Source of the DNA: an uncultured Desulfarculus sp.
Lineage (GTDB): Bacteria; Desulfobacterota; Desulfarculia; Desulfarculales; Desulfarculaceae
DNA: 64,000 nt
Assembly (NCBI GenBank): GCA_963665125.2
Contig: CAXXUK010000001.1
Coordinates: 416,001-480,000 of the forward strand
Reading direction: 5' to 3'
Part shown: piece after piece, positions 57,532-64,000 of the stretch
How positions within the stretch are numbered: the stretch's first letter is position 1
Layout of the letters: each line of letters starts with the position of its first letter
The notes under the pieces: generated by a model
Seen by the model: the letters and a program-made list of their open reading frames with translations, nothing else
Told to the model about the DNA's origin: nothing
The model's database searches: none
Made by a program: the position numbers and the translations under genes

Positions 57532-60027
57532 ATGGCTGAAAATAACAAGCTCGAAAGATACAACCCGGCCGAGGTCGAGAAACGCTGGCAGCAACAATGG
57601 GACGCCCAGCGAGTTTTCGATGTGGACGAGAATTCCACCAAGCCCAAATACTACCTGCTGGAGATGTTTCCCTATCCCAGCGGACGCCTTCATATGGGGC
57701 ACGTACGCAACTACTCCATAGGCGATACTCTGGCCCGCCTCAAGCGCATGCGCGGCCACAACGTGCTGCACCCCATGGGCTGGGACGCCTTTGGCATGCC
57801 CGCCGAAAATGCGGCCATCGCCAACAAGACCCATCCGGCCAAGTGGACCTACGAAAACATCGACTACATGCGCGGCCAGTTCAAGAAGATGGGCTTTTCC
57901 TACGACTGGCGCCGGGAGTTGGCCACCTGCGACGTCAGCTACTACCGCTGGGAACAGCTGGTCTTCGTCAAGATGTGGGGAAAGGGCCTGGTCTACCGCA
58001 AGAACACCACGGTGAACTGGTGCGACAAGTGCCAGACCGTGCTGGCCAACGAGCAAGTGGAAGACGGCAAGTGCTGGCGCTGCGACAGCGAAGTGCAGCA
58101 AAAGCAGATGTACGGCTATTTCTTCCGCATCACCGACTATGCCGAAGAGTTGTTGGAGTGGACCCACAAGCTCGAGGGTTGGCCCGAGCGCGTGCTGACC
58201 ATGCAGCGCAACTGGATCGGCAAGTCCTACGGCGCTGAGATCGATTTCCCCATAGAGGGCCGCGACGACGCCATCAAGGTGTTCACCACCAGGGCCGACA
58301 CCCTGTTCGGCTCCACATTCATGAGCCTGGCCCCAGAGCATCCCATGGCCATCGAATTGAGCACTGGAACGGCTCAGGAGCAGGCGGTCAAGGATTTCGT
58401 GGACCGCGTGGGACGCCAGTCGTTCGCCGACCGCGCCGATGAAAAGCAGAAGGAAGGCGTGTTCACCGGGGCCTATGCCCTCAACCCGGTCAACGGCAAG
58501 CGCATCCCCATTTACGCGGCCAACTTCGTGCTCATGGACTACGGCACCGGCGCGGTCATGGCCGTGCCCACCCACGACCAGCGCGACTTTGAATTCGCCA
58601 GACAATATGGCCTGGAACTGGTCGAGGTCATCGTCGGTCCGGACGGCCCCATCGGCGAGTCCAACATGACCGAGGCCTATACAAATTACGGAACGCTGGT
58701 CAACTCGGGCCGGTTCGACGGCATGACCAGCGACGACGCCAAAAAGGCCATCCCTGCCTGGCTGGAAGAGCAGGGCAAGGGCAAGCAGACCATCAACTAC
58801 CGCCTGCGGGACTGGGGCATCAGCCGCCAGCGTTACTGGGGCGCGCCCATTCCCATGGTCCACTGCGAAAAGTGCGGCCTGAGTCCGGTCAAGCCAGAGG
58901 ATCTGCCCGTGGCGCTGCCCCTGGACGCCGAATTGCCGACAACCGGCGGTTCGCCGCTGCCGCTGCTGGATGAGTGGGTCAACACCACCTGCCCGGTCTG
59001 CGGAGGCCCGGCCAAGCGCGAGACCGACACCATGGACACCTTTGTGGAGTCTTCGTGGTATTACGCCCGCTATGCCTGCCCCGACTACGACCAGGGCCCC
59101 CTGGACCCCGAGCGCACCAACTATTGGATGCCCGTGGACCAGTATGTGGGCGGCATCGAGCACGCGGTGTTGCATCTGCTTTATTCCCGGTTCTACACCA
59201 AGGTCCTGCGGGACATGGGCATGATCAAGGCCGATGAGCCTTTCCAAAACCTGCTGACCCAGGGCATGGTCATCAAGGACGGCGCCAAAATGTCCAAGTC
59301 CAAGGGCAATGTGGTGGACCCGGACGAAATGGTGGGCCGTTACGGCGCCGACACGGTGCGGCTGTTCTCCCTGTTCGCCGCGCCGCCCGAGCGCGATCTG
59401 GAATGGTCGGACCAGGGCGTTGAAGGCGCCCACCGCTTCCTCAACCGCTTGTGGCGGCTGGGGCTGGCCGTGGTAGATAGCGCCGCCGGCGTCAAGGCCT
59501 ATGAAAGCGGCGAACTCAGCCCGACCCTGGATGATCTGCACCGCAAGACCCACGAGACCATCAAGAAGGTCACCGAAGACGCGGAGCGTTTCCAATTCAA
59601 CACGGCCATTGCCGCCTTGATGGAACTGGTCAACCAGGTAAGCCTGGTGGAACAGGACGAATCCCTGGCCGGCGACCCCCAGCGGGCGGCCGTGCTGCGC
59701 GAAGCCGTGGAGGCCACGGTGACCATGCTAAGCCCCATGGCCCCGCACATCACCGATGAACTTTGGAACCGCTTGGGTTATGATGGGCTTCTGCTTGAGG
59801 CCCAGTGGCCTGTTTGGGATGATCAGGCCCTGGCCAAGGCCGAGAAGCAGGTGGTGTTCCAGATTAATGGCAAGGTGCGCGGAAAGGCCATGCTTCCGGC
59901 GGACGCCGACGATGAGACGTTGAAGCAGACAGCCCTGGGCGATGCCAAGGTGGCCAAATTCATCGGAGAAAAACCGGTAAAAAAAGTCATCGTGGTTCAG
60001 GGCAAGTTGGTTAATATAGTAATCTGA
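57532..60027 (+). CDS. leuS: Leucine--tRNA ligase
   Basis: [21 protein letters not shown] editing motif, KMSKS. Confidence 0.98.
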   Translation: MAENNKLERYNPAEVEKRWQQQWDAQRVFDVDENSTKPKYYLLEMFPYPSGRLHMGHVRNYSIGDTLARLKRMRGHNVLHPMGWDAFGMPAENAAIANKTHPAKWTYENIDYMRGQFKKMGFSYDWRRELATCDVSYYRWEQLVFVKMWGKGLVYRKNTTVNWCDKCQTVLANEQVEDGKCWRCDSEVQQKQMYGYFFRITDYAEELLEWTHKLEGWPERVLTMQRNWIGKSYGAEIDFPIEGRDDAIKVFTTRADTLFGSTFMSLAPEHPMAIELSTGTAQEQAVKDFVDRVGRQSFADRADEKQKEGVFTGAYALNPVNGKRIPIYAANFVLMDYGTGAVMAVPTHDQRDFEFARQYGLELVEVIVGPDGPIGESNMTEAYTNYGTLVNSGRFDGMTSDDAKKAIPAWLEEQGKGKQTINYRLRDWGISRQRYWGAPIPMVHCEKCGLSPVKPEDLPVALPLDAELPTTGGSPLPLLDEWVNTTCPVCGGPAKRETDTMDTFVESSWYYARYACPDYDQGPLDPERTNYWMPVDQYVGGIEHAVLHLLYSRFYTKVLRDMGMIKADEPFQNLLTQGMVIKDGAKMSKSKGNVVDPDEMVGRYGADTVRLFSLFAAPPERDLEWSDQGVEGAHRFLNRLWRLGLAVVDSAAGVKAYESGELSPTLDDLHRKTHETIKKVTEDAERFQFNTAIAALMELVNQVSLVEQDESLAGDPQRAAVLREAVEATVTMLSPMAPHITDELWNRLGYDGLLLEAQWPVWDDQALAKAEKQVVFQINGKVRGKAMLPADADDETLKQTALGDAKVAKFIGEKPVKKVIVVQGKLVNIVI

Positions 60028-60086
60028 GTGTTGGCGGACTTTGGGCCGCTGTTGGTAACGCCAAACCTTAAAAACGGGAGGCATCG

Positions 60087-60599
60087 GTGAAGAAGGCCTT
60101 ATTTAGTATTGTGGTCCTGGCTCTGTTCATTGGCGGCTGCGGGTATAATTTCCGTGGCGGGCAGAACAACTTGCCCGAGGATGTCCGCTCTGTGGCAATT
60201 CCCGTTTTTGCCAACAATACCGCTGAAGTGCGTATAGAAACCATCTTCACCGACGAGGTGATATTCCAGTTCACCCGTAGCCAGATGGTGCGGGTCGTGC
60301 CTGAGGGCGAGGCCGACGCCATCCTGCGGGGCACTCTGACCAGTATCTATCTGGAAGACGTGGCATTGACCAGCACGCAGACAACACGTCAGCGCAGGGT
60401 CACCGTTTATATGTCGGCCACCCTTACAAGGGTGCGCGACGGCAAGGTGCTGTGGCAGGGCAAGAACATGAAGCAGAACCGCACCTACAACTACACGGGC
60501 AACGTCATTACGGATGAGACCAACAAGCGCAACGCGATAGCCATGCTGGCCGAGGACTTGGCCCAGACGCTGCACGACCGCGTGTTTGAAAACTTCTAG
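60087..60599 (+). CDS. lptE: LPS assembly lipoprotein LptE family
   Basis: Lipobox GGCGY; position between leuS and holA. Confidence 0.85.
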   Translation: MKKALFSIVVLALFIGGCGYNFRGGQNNLPEDVRSVAIPVFANNTAEVRIETIFTDEVIFQFTRSQMVRVVPEGEADAILRGTLTSIYLEDVALTSTQTTRQRRVTVYMSATLTRVRDGKVLWQGKNMKQNRTYNYTGNVITDETNKRNAIAMLAEDLAQTLHDRVFENF

Positions 60600-60619
60600 C
60601 CGAAAGGCCGCCCCTGGTC

Positions 60620-61687
60620 ATGTCCAGCGTAAAAGGCCGCAGCGGCCAGGGGCCGGCCGGGCTGCCTTGGCCGGAAATCAGCCAAGGTGAGCCCGGACCA
60701 CAGTACGGTGTATTCGGTGAAGAGGACTTTTTAGTCAACCAGGGCCTGGAGGCCTTCGCGGCCTCCCCGGCCTTTGCCGATAATCCGTCTTTGAATATCG
60801 AACAGTTCCACGCCGAGGACGCGGGGCCTTCTCAGGTCTTGGAAAGTGCCCGCACTCTGCCTTTTCTGGGGCGCAGACGCCTGATAATCGTCCGCGGGGC
60901 CGACCTTTACAAGGCCCAGCAACTGTCTGATTTTATCGATTATCTAACTGACGCACCGCCAAGCACCTGCCTGGTTTTTTCCGGTAGCAAGCTCGACAGC
61001 CGCACCAAATTCGCCAAGACCCTGCAAAAGGTCGGCAAGGTCCACGTCTATAAAAAGATGTATCCCAACCAACTGCCGCCCTGGCTGAACCAGAGGGCCG
61101 CTGAAAGGGGCAAGAGACTGGTCCCCCAGGCGGCGCTGCATCTGGCTGAAATGGCAGGGCTGGGCCTCGGGGCCTTGGATTCGGAGCTGGAGAAGCTGTC
61201 TTTGTTCGTGGGCCGCAGGGACGAGATTACAATGGACGACGTGGCCAAGGTGGTGGGCAGCGGCAGGCTCAACACGATCTTTGACCTGACCGACGCCGTT
61301 GCCCGTTGCGATCTGCACCGCTCGCTTACGGCCTTTGAACAGCTTCATGCCCTGGGCGAAGCGCCGGTGCGGGTGGTGGCCATGCTCCAGCGGCTGATCC
61401 GCCAAGTGCTTGAAGTCCGCGCCGTATTGGATAACGGCGGAGACCAGCGGCAGGTGCAGCAGCAACTGCGCATACCACCCCAGGCCACGGCCGCGTTGGT
61501 GGCGCGGGCCAGGCGGGAAAGCTCGGCCGGGCTCAGTGGAAGACTGGCCCGGCTGCTGCGTGCGGATATTGACCTAAAATCATCGCCCGGCACCGACAGA
61601 GTAATCGTCGAGCGGCTGATCATGGACCTGTGCCTGATCAACAACCCGGATACCCTGGGGCCGGGCGGAAGGGCCGGAGCCCGATGA
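60620..61687 (+). CDS. holA: DNA polymerase III delta subunit
   Basis: GEE.FL, LPF...RR, ELEKL.L, IFDL.DA, D..LK; leuS-lptE-holA synteny. Confidence 0.9.
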   Translation: MSSVKGRSGQGPAGLPWPEISQGEPGPQYGVFGEEDFLVNQGLEAFAASPAFADNPSLNIEQFHAEDAGPSQVLESARTLPFLGRRRLIIVRGADLYKAQQLSDFIDYLTDAPPSTCLVFSGSKLDSRTKFAKTLQKVGKVHVYKKMYPNQLPPWLNQRAAERGKRLVPQAALHLAEMAGLGLGALDSELEKLSLFVGRRDEITMDDVAKVVGSGRLNTIFDLTDAVARCDLHRSLTAFEQLHALGEAPVRVVAMLQRLIRQVLEVRAVLDNGGDQRQVQQQLRIPPQATAALVARARRESSAGLSGRLARLLRADIDLKSSPGTDRVIVERLIMDLCLINNPDTLGPGGRAGAR

Positions 61688-61692
61688 CAGGG

Positions 61693-61959
61693 CTAGGCGC
61701 TTACCCCGTTGACCGACTGGGTCAGGCGGGAAATCTTGCGCGAGGCGTTCCTGTTGTGGATCACGCCCTTGCTGGCAGCCTTGTCAATGGTCGGGATGGC
61801 CTTGGCCAGGGCTTCCTGGGCGGCAGCGGCATCGCCGGATTCGACAGCCAGGCGCACGGCCTTGATGCTGCGGCGCAGGGTGGTGCGCACGGCTTTGTTC
61901 TTGATACGGCGTTTTTCGCTCTGTCTGGCCCTCTTAAGGGCGGACGCGTGATTGGCCAC
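61693..61959 (-). CDS. rpsT: 30S ribosomal protein S20
   Basis: (M)ANHASALKRARQS, IDKAASKGVIH.RNA.RK.SRL; GTG start after GGAGGAG. Confidence 0.97.
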   Translation of the reverse strand: MANHASALKRARQSEKRRIKNKAVRTTLRRSIKAVRLAVESGDAAAAQEALAKAIPTIDKAASKGVIHNRNASRKISRLTQSVNGVSA

Positions 61960-62074
61960 TTGGGGCTCCTCCTGCATTTAAGAGTATCTGCGTTTGGCTC
62001 TTTTGCCAAAAATTACGGTCATGTCAAGACCCAACATTTAACGGCTGATGCCGCGCCTGTCAAGGGGTTTGTGG

Positions 62075-63646
62075 GTGAGTGACGTCAGTGAAAAGCAAAA
62101 GGTCGCCCGAGCGGCCGGCGTAGTGGGCGCCGCCACCCTGGCCAGCCGGGTTTTCGGCTTTGTACGCGACCTGGTAATCGCCTATTTTTTCGGAGCCGGT
62201 CCGGCGGCGGACGCCTTTTTCGTGGCCTTCCGCATTCCCAACCTGATGCGTCGCCTGTTCGCCGAAGGCACCCTGACCATCGCTTTTATTCCGGTGTTCA
62301 CCGAGGTGCTCAAACAAAAGGGCCGCCAAGAGGCAATCATGCTGGCCAGGGCCACCTACACCCTGCTGGCCATGGTCCTGGCGGTGATCTGCGTTTTGGG
62401 CGTTATTTGGGCCGAATACATTGTGCGGGTGATCGCGCCGGGCTTTGAGCCGGGCGGCCAGACATATGAACTGGCCGTGCTTCTGACCCGCTGGTGTCTG
62501 CCGTTTATCTTTTTGATCAGCCTGATGGTCCTGGCCAGCGGCGTATTGAACTCCCTGGGCCACTTTTTCGCCCCGGCCGTGGCTCCGGCCCTGTTCAACG
62601 TTTCCATGATCGTCTGCGCCTATGCCTTCACCGACCGGGTGGACCCGCCGGTGTTGGCCCTGGCCGTCGGCGTGCTGGTGGGCGGTGTGGGCCAGCTTTT
62701 GTTGCAGGTCCCCTATCTGAAGGCCCGGGACATCGATATGCGGCCACTGTGGCAACCAGCCAATCCCGCCTTGCGCAGGGTGCTGCGCCTGATGGGGCCG
62801 GCTGCCTTCGGCGCGGCGGTGTATCAGCTGGCCGTGTTCATCAACACCCAGTTGGCCTCGATGTTGCCGGTGGGCAGCGTCAGCTATCTGTATTACGCCG
62901 ACCGGCTGATCCAGTTTCCCCTGGGCATCTTCGCCATTGCCGTGTCCACGGCCATTCTGCCCAGCCTGTCCCGTCAGGCGGCCGACGGCGACAAGGCAGC
63001 CCTGGTCGACACCATGGGCTATGGCCTGCGCCTGACCATGTTCATCACGGTTCCGGCCATGGTGGGCCTAGTGGTGCTGGCCCAGCCCCTGGTGGTGTTG
63101 TTGTTCGCCCGGGGCGAGTTCGGCCTTGAAACGGCCCAGGCCACGGCTGGCGCGGTTATCGGCTATGGCGTGGGCCTGTGGGCCTTTGCCGGGGTGCGTT
63201 CGGTGGTCCAGGCCTTCTACGCCCTCAAGGACACCAAGACGCCGGTCAAGGTGGCCGCGATATGCCTGGTCATCAATGTGGCGGCCAGTCTGTCGCTGAT
63301 GTGGTGGCTGGGTCACAGCGGCTTGGCGTTGGCCACCTCCCTTGCCGGAATGGCCAACCTGCTGGCCCTGCTGTGGCTGCTCAGAAAACGCACCGGGCCC
63401 TTGGGCGGCCGCAGGATTTTGCGCTCCTGCGCCTATATCGCCGCATGCAGCGCCGTTATGGGCCTGTTGTGCTGGCTGACGGCGAATTTGCCCGATTGGG
63501 GCGATCCGGCCGGCTGGCTGTGCAAATATCTGCGCCCCGTGGCCGCAATGGCCGTGGGCCTGGTCTGCTATCTGTTGTTGGCCTGGATGTTGCGGATGAA
63601 GGAGCTTGGCGAGTTGATGGCCGTCTTGGGCCGCCGCCGCAGGTAA
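62075..63646 (+). CDS. murJ: Lipid II flippase MurJ (MviN)
   Basis: SRVFGFVRD, ADAFFVAFRIPN..RRLFAEG, LYYADRL.QFPLG; start uncertain (62048-62084). Confidence 0.96.
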   Translation: MSDVSEKQKVARAAGVVGAATLASRVFGFVRDLVIAYFFGAGPAADAFFVAFRIPNLMRRLFAEGTLTIAFIPVFTEVLKQKGRQEAIMLARATYTLLAMVLAVICVLGVIWAEYIVRVIAPGFEPGGQTYELAVLLTRWCLPFIFLISLMVLASGVLNSLGHFFAPAVAPALFNVSMIVCAYAFTDRVDPPVLALAVGVLVGGVGQLLLQVPYLKARDIDMRPLWQPANPALRRVLRLMGPAAFGAAVYQLAVFINTQLASMLPVGSVSYLYYADRLIQFPLGIFAIAVSTAILPSLSRQAADGDKAALVDTMGYGLRLTMFITVPAMVGLVVLAQPLVVLLFARGEFGLETAQATAGAVIGYGVGLWAFAGVRSVVQAFYALKDTKTPVKVAAICLVINVAASLSLMWWLGHSGLALATSLAGMANLLALLWLLRKRTGPLGGRRILRSCAYIAACSAVMGLLCWLTANLPDWGDPAGWLCKYLRPVAAMAVGLVCYLLLAWMLRMKELGELMAVLGRRRR

Positions 63647-63652
63647 AAAACA

Positions 63653-63676
63653 GGGCCGGGCGTTTCAGCCCGGCCC
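63653..63676. terminator. Hairpin between convergent genes
   Basis: GGGCCGGGC/GCCCGGCCC stem with an A-run on its left. Confidence 0.55.
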
Positions 63677-63699
63677 GTTGATCCATGGTTGGATGATGC

Positions 63700-64000
63700 T
63701 TAGGATTTGATGCGTCCCTGGATGCGGCCCGCGCCGTCGACCAAGTATATGTTAAAGCCGTGTTCGTCGGCCTGCTGCCGGACCAAATCTTTATGCATGG
63801 CCTCCACCTGGCGCAGGGTGTCCGGGTGGCCCGCCGGGGGCAGAAGCCGCAGCAGGGTTTCTGCTTCGAATTTTTCTGCGGTAACCGGCACGAACTGCGT
63901 GCCATCTTCGTCGGCAAGGCCCAGCAGACTCTCAAACCAACCAGTGTCCGTTTCCTTGGAACGCTCGGTAACGGTGATCACCCAGTAATAGTCTTCCGGG
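63700..64000 (-). CDS. Hypothetical protein, 5'-truncated by the window edge
   Basis: Frame of ORF 63700..63981 stays open to the window end; convergent on murJ. Confidence 0.55.
   Translation of the reverse strand, partial: PEDYYWVITVTERSKETDTGWFESLLGLADEDGTQFVPVTAEKFEAETLLRLLPPAGHPDTLRQVEAMHKDLVRQQADEHGFNIYLVDGAGRIQGRIKS

Overview
A GC-rich bacterial chromosome segment. Gene content (Tat-exported Desulfovibrio-type [NiFe] hydrogenase, futalosine-pathway mqnA, LptE, two sigma54 response regulators, many acyl-CoA enzymes) suggests an anaerobic Desulfobacterota-like, fatty-acid-degrading organism; this is inference. It holds about 60 CDSs, RNase P RNA and a tRNA with a CAT anticodon (probably Ile2). 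Housekeeping blocks are tatD-maf-yggS, nif3-zinc ribbon-rnhA-rnpB and leuS-lptE-holA/rpsT/murJ. Catabolic blocks are an ALDH/Fe-ADH fusion cluster and a Liv-type ABC operon containing two CoA ligases. Most notable observations: (1) two independent loci where cargo sits between an intact gene 3' end and a decayed second copy of that same 3' end (an HNH gene behind maf, a Cys-rich secreted gene behind a patatin), with no integrase or transposase in the window; (2) a non-AdhE fusion of a hydrolytic-type aldehyde dehydrogenase with an iron alcohol dehydrogenase; (3) a cytoplasmic protein of nine exact-period 19-aa repeats co-oriented with a MinD/FlhG-like ATPase and a small membrane protein; (4) a ~1.1 kb non-coding region built from several families of structured repeats. 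No CRISPR array, prophage or transposase was seen. All calls come from motif reading by eye; no database searches were run.
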